Shown: positions 33,989-43,606, counted from the stretch's first letter. The stretch is DNA of 64,000 bases from Candidatus Latescibacterota bacterium (GCA_965207885.1 OZ242311.1:3936001-4000000), one strand, 5' to 3'. The notes: generated by a model not told the origin, from the sequence alone. Program-made: numbers and translations.

Positions 33989-35809
33989 TTATTGAAGGGA
34001 AGGATAAATACAATTCGACCTCTCCCGTATTTCAAAGAACCTCTCATCATACTGAGCTTTATACATTTCAGAGAACAGCCCACGTTGATCAATGAGTTGT
34101 GAAACCGTACCCTCCTCTACAAGCTCACCATTCTTTCCAACCACCAGGATTCGATCAGCATCGAGTATTGTTGACAAGCGGTGTGCGATAACCAGCGTGG
34201 TCTTCCCCTTTCTCAACTGCTCCAATGCTGTTTTTACACTTGCTTCTGTAAGGGCATCCAAAGATGCTGTGCCTTCATCTATCAGCAACACATTTGGCCT
34301 TCGAACGAATGCACGTGCAATCGCGATTCTCTGCCGCTCGCCGCCCGACAGAGATTGCCCATTTTCCCCAACAATTGTCTCGTATTGATCCGGGAATTCC
34401 AAAATATCACGATGTATTTGCGCCTGCCCTGAAGCCTTCGTCATTACATCATAAGTTGCACCATTGGGTTCCATTGGGTATAGAATATTTCTTCCAATAG
34501 TTGTATTCCAGAGAAACGGATCTTGCGGGATAAGACATAGATGGTCCCGCACGTACTCAAGAGGCAGCTTAGAAATCTCAAGTTCACCAAGCATGATCTT
34601 TCCTGAATCAGGTTCGTAGAACCGCAGAAGCAAATCAAAAATTGTGCTCTTTCCTCCCCCGCTGGGACCGACGATGCCAATGAATTCTCCCTCCTTTATT
34701 TCAAAAGTCATATTCTTGATTGCGAATCCGCGATTGTATCCAAATGAGACGTTCCTGAAAGCAATATGCACCCTCCTATCAGCGTCAAGTACCGCACCAG
34801 GTCGATCAGCAATTGTCTCCTCCCTTCTCATCTTCAACACATCATTGAGCTTGTCAAAAGAAATCTTGACTCTATGTAGATCTACATAGACAGAGAAAGC
34901 ACCTTTCAGAGCGGCATACGCTCTGGGGACGTACGCCATAAATGCAACCAATGTCCCTATCGACATACTGCCATTCATGATTCCGAATGCCCCAAAACCG
35001 AAAAGAATCCCGATAACGACGCTATTTATAACCTCATTGGGAAAGGCAACAACAATGTGATGAAAAGCAATCGTTTTGAGCTTCAGGGTCTTGTGCTGTC
35101 GCAGCCAATCCTGCCAGAAGCGCCTTTCTCGAGATTCGCCGGAAAGAGATCGCACTGTCTTGATGCCAGCAAATGTCTCCTGGAGAAATCTGTTTCCCCT
35201 CTCTACGTGATCTGAAAAAGGTCTATCCAGAGCTTCGGACTTTCTGGTAAGCTTCCGGGTGATTGCAAATGTAACCGGAACTGCAACCATTGCGACAGCG
35301 GTCAGCCTGTAATCCATCCAGAGCATCATTCCCAAAATACCGAGCAGATTTATCCCGCTATGTGCGAGTGGCAAGACACGTTGAGAGATAAACATCTCAC
35401 CTATTTTCGCTGACTCAATATTTATCCTATAACTGAGGTCAGCGGTCGGTATCTCCTGCAGATCTTCAACCCTTGCACGGATAACGTGCTCAAAAGCAGA
35501 CTTCCTTAATCCTCTTGATACCTGTTCCCCAATCCAGACACGGAGATACTCATGCCCATAAGTTATGGCCAAGCCCAAAAGTGGGATCAGCACGACCCCC
35601 AAAATGCAATAGACACTGAGTTGCATATCTCTATCTGGAATCGCTTGATCAATCAGGATCCTATAGATGACGGGAACAAACAGAGCGGGCACCACAGCGA
35701 TTAGCATTGTTAAGAGAGTCAAAACTACGCGCCACTTTTTTTCTAAGAGCTTCGCCAGCACAATCTTCCCTGTATCTGTAGCTAAGTAATATGAGAGTCC
35801 TGTTAGCAT
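33989..35809 (-). CDS. ABC exporter, fused permease/ATPase (MsbA/MdlB-like)
   Basis: Six-TM N-terminal domain; Walker A GPSGGGKST, signature LSGGERQR, Walker B LLIDE, IAHRLST. Confidence 0.92.
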   Translation of the reverse strand: MLTGLSYYLATDTGKIVLAKLLEKKWRVVLTLLTMLIAVVPALFVPVIYRILIDQAIPDRDMQLSVYCILGVVLIPLLGLAITYGHEYLRVWIGEQVSRGLRKSAFEHVIRARVEDLQEIPTADLSYRINIESAKIGEMFISQRVLPLAHSGINLLGILGMMLWMDYRLTAVAMVAVPVTFAITRKLTRKSEALDRPFSDHVERGNRFLQETFAGIKTVRSLSGESRERRFWQDWLRQHKTLKLKTIAFHHIVVAFPNEVINSVVIGILFGFGAFGIMNGSMSIGTLVAFMAYVPRAYAALKGAFSVYVDLHRVKISFDKLNDVLKMRREETIADRPGAVLDADRRVHIAFRNVSFGYNRGFAIKNMTFEIKEGEFIGIVGPSGGGKSTIFDLLLRFYEPDSGKIMLGELEISKLPLEYVRDHLCLIPQDPFLWNTTIGRNILYPMEPNGATYDVMTKASGQAQIHRDILEFPDQYETIVGENGQSLSGGERQRIAIARAFVRRPNVLLIDEGTASLDALTEASVKTALEQLRKGKTTLVIAHRLSTILDADRILVVGKNGELVEEGTVSQLIDQRGLFSEMYKAQYDERFFEIRERSNCIYPSLQ

Positions 35810-35869
35810 AATCTCCCCTTTTATCTCTGTTCCTCGGTGTGAAACGCTCAAATGAATTGCTACTACAGT

Positions 35870-36316
35870 TTACCCTCTCCCATACCTCCGCCCCCAGGCC
35901 TCTGCGAGTTGCTTGCGCGCGTGGAACAGCCGCGATTTCACCGTACCCTCTGGAATCGCCAACTGTTCGGCAACTTCTCGAAGCGTCACCTCGTCTTCGT
36001 ACACCATCTGAAACACCTCGCGTTTTTCCTCTGGCAACGCATCAATCAAAGCCTGCAAAATGCGCCGCTGTTCAGCCCGTTCTAATTGTACATCGGGTCC
36101 CAGTGCAGCCCGATCGATCATCCACCCCGGAACGGGTTGCTCTTCATCCTCCTCATCGTAAAGCGAAGGCATTTCAAGAGGCTGTTCGCGGCGGCGACTT
36201 TGGGTTCGCAATTGATTCAGCGACAGATTTCTCGCAATCCGAAACAGCCACCCCCTAAAAGACCCTTGATCCCGCGCCACAATTCGCTGCATCAAAATCG
36301 CGTCCGATGGTGTCAA
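35870..36316 (-). CDS. ECF sigma-70 factor with an in-frame internal deletion in region 2
   Basis: TTG start after AGGAGG. SDAILM..RDQ is joined directly to GSFRGWLFRIARN. Intact region 4: LPEEKREVF..TLREVAEQLAIPEGTVKSRLFHARKQL. Confidence 0.82.
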   Translation of the reverse strand: MTPSDAILMQRIVARDQGSFRGWLFRIARNLSLNQLRTQSRRREQPLEMPSLYDEEDEEQPVPGWMIDRAALGPDVQLERAEQRRILQALIDALPEEKREVFQMVYEDEVTLREVAEQLAIPEGTVKSRLFHARKQLAEAWGRRYGRG

Positions 36317-36336
36317 AAAATATCCTCCTGTGGGAA

Positions 36337-36364
36337 TCGACACCGCCCAATGCCCGAAGGTTCA
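36337..36364 (-). promoter_or_regulatory. ECF-type (probably autoregulatory) promoter of the sigma-ABC-miniRNAP unit
   Basis: TGAACC-16 bp-TGTCGA, matching the GAAC/GTC pattern of many ECF promoters, 20 nt before the sigma start codon. Confidence 0.55.
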
Positions 36365-36394
36365 AAAAAAAGCGCAGCCCTTCAGGACTGCGCT
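36364..36394 (-). terminator. Intrinsic terminator after 36421..37368
   Basis: AGCGCAGTCC-TGAA-GGGCTGCGCT plus T run on the minus strand. Confidence 0.8.
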
Positions 36395-36420
36395 TCTATT
36401 ACAGATATGCCTCGTGCCTC

Positions 36421-37368
36421 TCACTCCTCGTCTTCAGGCTGATCTGGCAACAAAAAGACCCCTGTGAAAGGACTGCAGGACACCTCCTCTAAAAACTCGA
36501 CTTCCGCCTCGAATTCGCTCCGAATTGCCAGGCGATCTTCTATATCTTCAACACTGCTCTCGAGCTGTCGATCCATCAACTCAAACACCTTGGCGCGCAC
36601 ATCCTCCCTCATCTTACCCTCTTCAAAGCACCTCTGGCGAAACGCCTCAATCTGTGCCTCCAATGGCAAAAGCGATTCCATATCTAATGCCAGTGCCAGA
36701 ATGAGATTGCGCAGCAATCCGTCATACGTGCGTGCTTCAACAGCCATTTCTACCTCGGTCAGCGCAGCTTTGGGAATAGACCGCAAAAACGCAAGCCGCC
36801 TGAACGCAACCTGATAAGCCTCATAATCGCGCTTTGGATCAACCAACTGGGATTCATCCTCATCATCATCCTGGGGACGCATCCACGTCTCTGGTACCGC
36901 GGTTGCCCAGCGGGCTATCGCGCGATATTCGGACTGCAAAAATTTCACTTCAGGACGCAACAACATCGCCCGGCACATCTGTGCCATTTCTTGCAAACGA
37001 AAAAATGCGATCTCATACCCGCGTTTTCGGCACGCCTCAAAATCTCCTTGTGCGATAATATCCACAGCCTGGTTTAAATCACTCTCTGCACGCGCCTCCA
37101 AACCGAGATCCATAGAAATTAGCGCCTGCCGCACCCCGTGTTCCAAATTCTCACGCCTGATTGCAATCCCTGACCGGTAGCGCTTGCCATAGTGCAAACC
37201 CTGCAAGCGCAAAAAGCCCAAAAGCGCGTCCCCAATATTGGGTGGCAACTTTTCAAAGCGCGTCCCCAATTCAATGACCTGCCCCACAAAACTCTCGGAA
37301 TCAATGCGAAACCGACTCAAATCCAGCGTGGCAAGCGGATTTTGCACAGAACGCTGTTCACTGTTCAT
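36421..37368 (-). CDS. Hypothetical acidic all-alpha protein
   Basis: 315-aa ORF with host-like codon use, overlapping the upstream gene; no motif recognised with confidence. Confidence 0.65.
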   Translation of the reverse strand: MNSEQRSVQNPLATLDLSRFRIDSESFVGQVIELGTRFEKLPPNIGDALLGFLRLQGLHYGKRYRSGIAIRRENLEHGVRQALISMDLGLEARAESDLNQAVDIIAQGDFEACRKRGYEIAFFRLQEMAQMCRAMLLRPEVKFLQSEYRAIARWATAVPETWMRPQDDDEDESQLVDPKRDYEAYQVAFRRLAFLRSIPKAALTEVEMAVEARTYDGLLRNLILALALDMESLLPLEAQIEAFRQRCFEEGKMREDVRAKVFELMDRQLESSVEDIEDRLAIRSEFEAEVEFLEEVSCSPFTGVFLLPDQPEDEE

Positions 37369-38296
37369 CGTGCCTCCTCTCCCACGCCCCGCGAATGACG
37401 GACCGCATCAAATCGGCATCCGCATCGAAAAGTGCATCCAGAACACCTCCGACAACGGGATCCTCTATTATCGTACTCGGCATTTCACCCACAGCAGCGC
37501 CTTCGGAAAAGAGTTGGTGCCGGTAAACCTGCGCACCCGCAGTCCCCACGACCTCATTCATGCGCATATCCTTTACGTATGGAATCAGGGCTTCTTCGAG
37601 CAACCCGGGATCCACACTGTTCAGCAATTCAGCGCATTTATTGGCGTCCCCCAGCATAGATAGTGCCCGAAGCCATTCAAACGATACCTTTGACCGGACC
37701 TCGGCACTGTCCATAGGCTCTAACGTATCTTCCACAGCGCGCTGAAAAGTACCCGGTGTCATAGCGCGTATCAAATGCGTATTAAACCCCTGCCGCTCCG
37801 GGTCATAATCAATCAGCCCCGTCAACATCTCTGTAGGCAGATGCGCCACCACATCTGTCGAATAGCCCGGATTGCCATCTTCATCCATACCCGTTATCGA
37901 CAGCATATTCTCTGGATCTTCATCCAGAACAACGAGCGCGGCCTGCGCTTCAACCGTCAAAGTCTGCACCAGTGCCCTGGCATCTTCTTTTTTTCCCTCG
38001 CGAAGCAGATCGCGTATCCGGCTGCTCTGCTCTGCCAATTCCATAAATCCAGTTGACCACGCACCGACTACCAATCGGTCTTCACGAACCTCGATGGGTT
38101 TCACTTCGGGTTCTTCTTCATAAACCGCGTTGCCCGTCAAATGAGATTTGAGACGAATCTTCCCCCTTTCTACTTTGTCCTTACACGTCACGCACAGGCG
38201 CGTATAAGGAACGACCTTGAGGCGTTCTTCTGAAATAACCGCCTCGCAAATGACACACCTCACCCCCGTCCCGCCATCGAGCGGCTGTTGTGCCAT
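37358..38296 (-). CDS. Protein with an N-terminal TraR/DksA C4 zinc finger and an uncharacterised helical domain
   Basis: CVICEAVISEERLKVVPYTRLCVTCK (Cx2Cx17Cx2C); GGAGG RBS before ATG 38296. Confidence 0.75.
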   Translation of the reverse strand: MAQQPLDGGTGVRCVICEAVISEERLKVVPYTRLCVTCKDKVERGKIRLKSHLTGNAVYEEEPEVKPIEVREDRLVVGAWSTGFMELAEQSSRIRDLLREGKKEDARALVQTLTVEAQAALVVLDEDPENMLSITGMDEDGNPGYSTDVVAHLPTEMLTGLIDYDPERQGFNTHLIRAMTPGTFQRAVEDTLEPMDSAEVRSKVSFEWLRALSMLGDANKCAELLNSVDPGLLEEALIPYVKDMRMNEVVGTAGAQVYRHQLFSEGAAVGEMPSTIIEDPVVGGVLDALFDADADLMRSVIRGAWERRHDEQ

Positions 38297-38366
38297 ATTG
38301 CCCTCCATTGGGGTTTTGAGAACCCTCCGCACACATTGCGGAGACGACAGAATCACAGCGGAGATA

Positions 38367-38395
38367 AATGTAATCGAATAAACGCGGAATGTCAA
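38367..38395 (-). promoter_or_regulatory. sigma70-type promoter for the zinc-finger gene
   Basis: TTGACA-17 bp-TACATT. Confidence 0.6.
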
Positions 38396-38429
38396 CTTTT
38401 AACTTACTGTTTATTAAAGATTTACAAAC

Positions 38430-38458
38430 TTGACAAACAAAGCAATATTTGTTATATT
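38430..38458 (+). promoter_or_regulatory. Near-consensus sigma70 promoter with extended -10
   Basis: TTGACA-17 bp-TATATT with TGn extension. Confidence 0.7.
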
Positions 38459-38468
38459 AATACCGTTG

Positions 38469-38505
38469 CCGACAAGATTCGGGTGTAATCTGGTCGGTTT
38501 TTTTT
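38469..38505 (+). terminator. Terminator-like hairpin in the leader of the surface protein gene
   Basis: CCGAC-A-AGATT loop AATCT-G-GTCGG followed by T8. Confidence 0.6.
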
Positions 38506-38628
38506 CGTTCCCATTAATGCCTCCCGCAGATATCTACTCAGTTCGGCAAACAAACATAGGCCCATATTCAAACGTTCTCAACATACCTGAGAAAAATTTT
38601 TCCCATTGAAATTTGAGAGATACGCGTA

Positions 38629-40884
38629 ATGAGCAAACGGATATTGTTAACCCTCGCAATAATCGCGCTTTTGGCCTACCCGCTATCTCTTGCATTGCAG
38701 ACCACTACGCCCTCTTCTGACTTTGACGGCAATGGGGTGGTTGACTTTTCTGATTTTTTGCAACTTGTAGCGCATTTTGGCGCACGTCAAGGAGATGGGG
38801 AATACCAGGCAAAGTACGATCTGGATAGTGATGGGTCGATAGACTTTCAAGATTTTGTAATTTTTATCAATGACTTCGGCAAAGTTGCCATCCCGGATGC
38901 CAACCTTCAGGCGGTCATTGCCAAAATTCTTGGCAAAACAAGCGATGCACCCATTACTCCGGACGATATGGTAAAATTGACGCGCCTTGACGCCCCCAAC
39001 AAAGCTATTCGCGATTTGACAGGTCTCGAGTATGCAACGAATCTGACCTGGCTAAATCTTCGTGGCAATACAATCTCGGATATCGCGCCATTGGTAGCAA
39101 ATACGGGATTGGACAAGGACGACTGGGTTTTACTGAATGATAACCCGCTGAGCACCACATCGCTCAATACGCACATTCCCGCTCTATCTGCGAAAGGGGT
39201 TCATGTACGCTTTGGTGATCATCTCACGCTGCCCAACCCTTCTCCAGCTTTTTCGCCATATCCGGTAAGGGATTACACAATTACCCTCCCAATAACTGAT
39301 AGCTTCTCAGGCGACAGGGTCTCACCGCTAAATCCAGAGACAGCCTCTGATCCCGATGTCGTCACCCATGTCTATTACGATGCAGGCAAGATCACTGTTC
39401 CCTCCGGTACCTCAGCCCTCAATTTCATCAACAAAAAGAAGGCATACGCGGCTACATTCACAGAGACAGCAGAGATCGAGGTAACCGGTACGTATGCTGT
39501 AAATATTACAACGTATGGAAATACCGGCGATGTGATGCTGGTCAATAAGGGTATGATCCAAATATCCGAAAGAGGTATAGGATTACGGACAGTTTCGCGC
39601 GGCACTGGAGATTCATACTCAGCTAATTACGGTACGATAAAAATCAATAACTCGACGGATAAAACGCTACGGGGCGTTGCGAGCCAAATCCACAAGAGTG
39701 CCGCACCACACGATGACACACATATCGCCGAAGCCATCAACCTGTCGAACGGCAGTGTTCTCATCACTGGGGACGAAGGCCGGCAAGACGGTCTATTCGT
39801 CGAGTGCGGCGGTCAGTTTGCCCGCTCAATCAACTACGGAACCATTGATGTGGCGGGCGATGACAGCCGCGGAGTGGCAGCACAGACCCTTTGGGGCGCA
39901 GCGCAGACGCATAACACCGGCAGAGTAACGACAAGGGGAAGAATAGGCAGCGATGGTATTCATTCCGAGACCTGTGCTGCCTATTTTGCAGGTGAGGGCT
40001 GCCACCACATACAAGAGGAAATCATAACGCGGCCACATACCAATGCTGCAGGTGCTGCATACGCGCGAAACTACCGCACCGGCGTCATCGAGACAATGGG
40101 AATCCGCAGCCACGGAATTATGGTCGCAGTGAAGGTTTCTGGCCAAGCTTATGGAATCAATGAGGGAACCGTTTCGACGACTGGCGATAGGTCTTCGGGC
40201 ATTTTGGCCTTCGCCTTCTGGGTTCATGGGTTTGAAGTCAGGCCGTTCCACGATCTTCTCGAAAGGCATAGCTCTGAACGAAGTGGTTTTTTCCCGGATC
40301 CCATCGGAGAAACTCGGCTGACCTACGCGGCGAATACCGGCCAAATCACAACACGCGGAGGGGACGCAAGTGGGCTGAGGGCACATCACGGCCTCAGCGG
40401 CAAGATCGAAATCGCCAACTCGGGTCGCATTGAGACGAGCGGTGCCCGCTCTCACGGGATATATGCCCAGGCGTTTGGCCGGGATATTACCGTTGACGAG
40501 GAAACCCGCGTGTATTCATCCGGCGATATCGTCATCGACAACTACGGTGATATCGTCGTGTCCGGCACCAGAGCCAGCGGGATTTTAGCTGAAAGTAAAA
40601 ACTTGCTCTACGACCCCTCGCGCCCGGCGGGTAGCGGCGATATAGAGATTTTCATCGACGGCACCATTATCGCCAGTGGCGACAACGGAATCGGCATCAG
40701 TGCAGAGACTGATACGGGCGACATCACGATTGTTGTCATGGGTTTTATTCGTGCGAATGCTGTCGGAATTCGGGTAAAAACCTCCGGCAGGGTATTGATT
40801 AACCTCATAGGCGGCGCAGTGGATGCGCCAACACCGTGGGAGGTCATCGGTGACAACGAACACAATCAGATTATCGTGAACTAA
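38629..40884 (+). CDS. Secreted protein: EF-hand/dockerin-like pair + internalin-like LRR + autotransporter-passenger-like beta-helix repeats
   Basis: Signal peptide; DFDGNGVVDFSDF and DLDSDGSIDFQDF; IPDANL, LTGLEYATNLTWLNLRGNTISDIAPL; repeated N.G.I.T.G..SHGI.A. Confidence 0.78.
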   Translation: MSKRILLTLAIIALLAYPLSLALQTTTPSSDFDGNGVVDFSDFLQLVAHFGARQGDGEYQAKYDLDSDGSIDFQDFVIFINDFGKVAIPDANLQAVIAKILGKTSDAPITPDDMVKLTRLDAPNKAIRDLTGLEYATNLTWLNLRGNTISDIAPLVANTGLDKDDWVLLNDNPLSTTSLNTHIPALSAKGVHVRFGDHLTLPNPSPAFSPYPVRDYTITLPITDSFSGDRVSPLNPETASDPDVVTHVYYDAGKITVPSGTSALNFINKKKAYAATFTETAEIEVTGTYAVNITTYGNTGDVMLVNKGMIQISERGIGLRTVSRGTGDSYSANYGTIKINNSTDKTLRGVASQIHKSAAPHDDTHIAEAINLSNGSVLITGDEGRQDGLFVECGGQFARSINYGTIDVAGDDSRGVAAQTLWGAAQTHNTGRVTTRGRIGSDGIHSETCAAYFAGEGCHHIQEEIITRPHTNAAGAAYARNYRTGVIETMGIRSHGIMVAVKVSGQAYGINEGTVSTTGDRSSGILAFAFWVHGFEVRPFHDLLERHSSERSGFFPDPIGETRLTYAANTGQITTRGGDASGLRAHHGLSGKIEIANSGRIETSGARSHGIYAQAFGRDITVDEETRVYSSGDIVIDNYGDIVVSGTRASGILAESKNLLYDPSRPAGSGDIEIFIDGTIIASGDNGIGISAETDTGDITIVVMGFIRANAVGIRVKTSGRVLINLIGGAVDAPTPWEVIGDNEHNQIIVN

Positions 40885-41008
40885 TAGTACTGAAAAATTC
40901 ATCGGGAAATTTTTTGTCTGCAGAAGACTGCGCTATCCGGTTTTCTAAATCCCACACCAACTGTCACACGCTCCTGACGCATAGTTTTTGCAATCAATCT
41001 CCCATTTT

Positions 41009-41863
41009 CTATCGGAATAACATACTGATATCCAGTGCTTTAACCGAATGCGTAAGCGCACCCACTGAAATAAGATCCACGCCCGTTTCTGCAATTGCCC
41101 GTACGCTATCTAAGGACACATTACCCGAGGCTTCCAATTCGGGTCTTTTGCCTTTTAATTTTTTCACCTTTTCCACGGCTTCACACATTTCATCCAGGCT
41201 CATATTGTCCAACATCACACGATCCGCACCCAAAACGAGCACCTCATCGAGTTCTGATAGCGTTTCCACCTCCACCTCCACAGGTACTTCTCGATCTTCA
41301 AAATCCATCCCTTTCCACACCGAAAGTAATGCCGGTCCAATACCGTCCGCTGCCTCAATGTGATTCTCCTTCATCAGCACCATATCGAACAACCCCACCC
41401 GATGATTCACACCACCGCCCGCAACAACAGCATATTTGTCTAATAATCGCAATCCCGGAGCAGTCTTGCGCGTATCCAGAATCCGCGTCTGTGTCCCTTT
41501 TACAGCATCTACAAACTGCGCTGTCATCGTTGCAATACCCGACATCCGCTGCAAAAAATTCAGCGCGACGCGCTCGCCCGTCAACAGCCCGCGCGCGGGA
41601 CCAGAAACCTCAGCCAAAATATCGCCATCCACAGCGCGCGCGCCATCTTTCACTCCTGCATTGAATACAATCGCCTCTTCTACCGCTTCAAATACCCATT
41701 GCGCCACATCCAATCCCGCAATCACGCCATCTGCCCTCGCAATAATTTTCGCCTTTGCCTGCTTTGTCAACGGCACAGTCCATTTTGTCGTAATATCCCC
41801 AACCCCCACATCTTCTATCAGTGCCCGCTCAATCACTGGCATGATATCTTTTTTATTCAACAT
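41009..41863 (-). CDS. nadC: Nicotinate-nucleotide diphosphorylase (quinolinate phosphoribosyltransferase)
   Basis: GDITT, ERVALN, DTRKTAPG, HRVGL, KENH, EVEVE, MLDN, EASG, ISVGALTHS. Confidence 0.96.
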   Translation of the reverse strand: MLNKKDIMPVIERALIEDVGVGDITTKWTVPLTKQAKAKIIARADGVIAGLDVAQWVFEAVEEAIVFNAGVKDGARAVDGDILAEVSGPARGLLTGERVALNFLQRMSGIATMTAQFVDAVKGTQTRILDTRKTAPGLRLLDKYAVVAGGGVNHRVGLFDMVLMKENHIEAADGIGPALLSVWKGMDFEDREVPVEVEVETLSELDEVLVLGADRVMLDNMSLDEMCEAVEKVKKLKGKRPELEASGNVSLDSVRAIAETGVDLISVGALTHSVKALDISMLFR

Positions 41864-41864
41864 T

Positions 41865-42446
41865 TCAAAAGTCCTCGGGTATATCAAACACCACCCCATC
41901 CCTCTTTTTATCGTAAAAAATGATCTTTATATCTATGGATTCCGCTAAATTTTGGGAGCGATAGGTGCTGGGCTTAATAGAATATGGTTCTTCTCCTACA
42001 AAACCATCTATGCCCTGGGATTCTTCGTAAGGTTCTGCCAACCGGTAATCGCAGCCTTTCATCTCGGCCAGTTTTTTCAGAATCGCCTCCTGGAATCTGA
42101 GTCCGGTAAAGGTCTTGACAAGAACCAGATCCTCTACCCATGATCTCACCAAATCCCGATCAATTTTGGGAAACACCACGCTGAAGTTCTCTATCATTGC
42201 AATTATTTTATCTGTCGCATTATCTATCGCATCGGGATATTGTTCTTGATACCAGATAACCCATTCTTCAAAAGTTTGCCCTGGAAATTCTTGAATCAGA
42301 TCGCTCATTTGCCCGACAACTCTTGACCGCGTACCCTGTGAATTTTGATTTGCGAGATTCATCAATTGGGTCGTGTACTTTGGAAATTCGCGGGCAGGTG
42401 CATTCACGTATTCTTGAATCTCAGCATTTTTTAATTTCATTTCCAT
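41865..42446 (-). CDS. Type II restriction endonuclease, MjaI family
   Basis: FPKYTTQLMNLANQNSQGTR..VGQMSDLI; GIDG..SIKP (PD-(D/E)xK-like); adjacent to a methyltransferase. Confidence 0.75.
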   Translation of the reverse strand: MEMKLKNAEIQEYVNAPAREFPKYTTQLMNLANQNSQGTRSRVVGQMSDLIQEFPGQTFEEWVIWYQEQYPDAIDNATDKIIAMIENFSVVFPKIDRDLVRSWVEDLVLVKTFTGLRFQEAILKKLAEMKGCDYRLAEPYEESQGIDGFVGEEPYSIKPSTYRSQNLAESIDIKIIFYDKKRDGVVFDIPEDF

Positions 42447-42471
42447 CCATAATCCTTTGTGCGATATAGGA

Positions 42472-43599
42472 TCATTGTGTATTTAACAGATCGAGTTGCA
42501 TTTTATTTTTTGTCAAAGATTCTGTATTCCAATTCCGGCCTTGAGCTATATCTTGAGGTTTCTCAGAATATGTGACCTCAAAGATATTATCATCAGACTC
42601 TCGCACCTCTTTTAAGCCATTCAACAAAATGGACTGTTCCTGGCTCGTCACCACGGGACATCCATAATACTTGTTCGTATATTTCAACGGCCCTGACGTC
42701 TGAATACGATCTTCAACAAATTCAAAATGTCTTCTCAACCTATCGCGCAAATAATCATTTGAAAAATCGACAATCTGTCGCGCCATCGGGCAAATCGCAC
42801 TATGAAAACTTTTGTCGATTTCAACGCCAATACTATTGCGCCCAGATGTCATCGTAGCAGCAATTGTGGTACCCATACCCAAAAATGGATCGAGAATCAC
42901 ATCGCCTTTCACAGAGTACATATTGACCAGACGATAGGCCAATTCATAGGGAAACGCGGCACTCCTCAAACGCGACAACTCATCTGAAAGCCTCTGTCCC
43001 GTACCCTTAATATCCATCCATACATCCGAATACCAGATATTTCTCTCCTCCCAAAACAAAGCGCTCTCGCGCCTGTTCTGTTTTTCGCATTCCGTCTTAA
43101 ATTCTCTTTTAGAACCCTTTCGCAAAATCAAAATATACTCGTGTTCCAGAGTCACATAAGCACCCGCGGGCAACATACCCGATCCCATAAATTTATTGGG
43201 GGCATTGGTTTGTTTTCGCCAGAGAATATCGGGCAGAGCTGAAAACCCGATATTTAAGAGATAATTCAATATCCTCGCGTGATTTGGATACAAACAAAAA
43301 TCACTGCCTACCTTCCGCGTCGCATCGCCAATATTGATACAGGCAAATCGACCATCTTTTAAAACTCTGAACACCTCATCCCATACAGAATCGAGAATCT
43401 CATGCATCAACTCATGAGCCAACTTGCCATCCCCGATCTTTAACGCCTTCTGTACCTCCAAATTCTGGCTGCCAAATACATCATCCCACATGCCAATCAT
43501 GGGATACGGCGGCGATGTCACCACCAGATCTACACTCTCTGAAGGGATCTCCTTTAAGTTCCGCGCATCCCGATAAAATATTTGATGGATCGTTTTCAT
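42472..43599 (-). CDS. Site-specific DNA methyltransferase, N4-cytosine type (beta class)
   Basis: N-terminal VTSPPY catalytic motif; C-terminal DPFLGMGTT SAM-binding motif. Confidence 0.9.
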   Translation of the reverse strand: MKTIHQIFYRDARNLKEIPSESVDLVVTSPPYPMIGMWDDVFGSQNLEVQKALKIGDGKLAHELMHEILDSVWDEVFRVLKDGRFACINIGDATRKVGSDFCLYPNHARILNYLLNIGFSALPDILWRKQTNAPNKFMGSGMLPAGAYVTLEHEYILILRKGSKREFKTECEKQNRRESALFWEERNIWYSDVWMDIKGTGQRLSDELSRLRSAAFPYELAYRLVNMYSVKGDVILDPFLGMGTTIAATMTSGRNSIGVEIDKSFHSAICPMARQIVDFSNDYLRDRLRRHFEFVEDRIQTSGPLKYTNKYYGCPVVTSQEQSILLNGLKEVRESDDNIFEVTYSEKPQDIAQGRNWNTESLTKNKMQLDLLNTQ

Positions 43600-43606
43600 A
43601 GATCTT

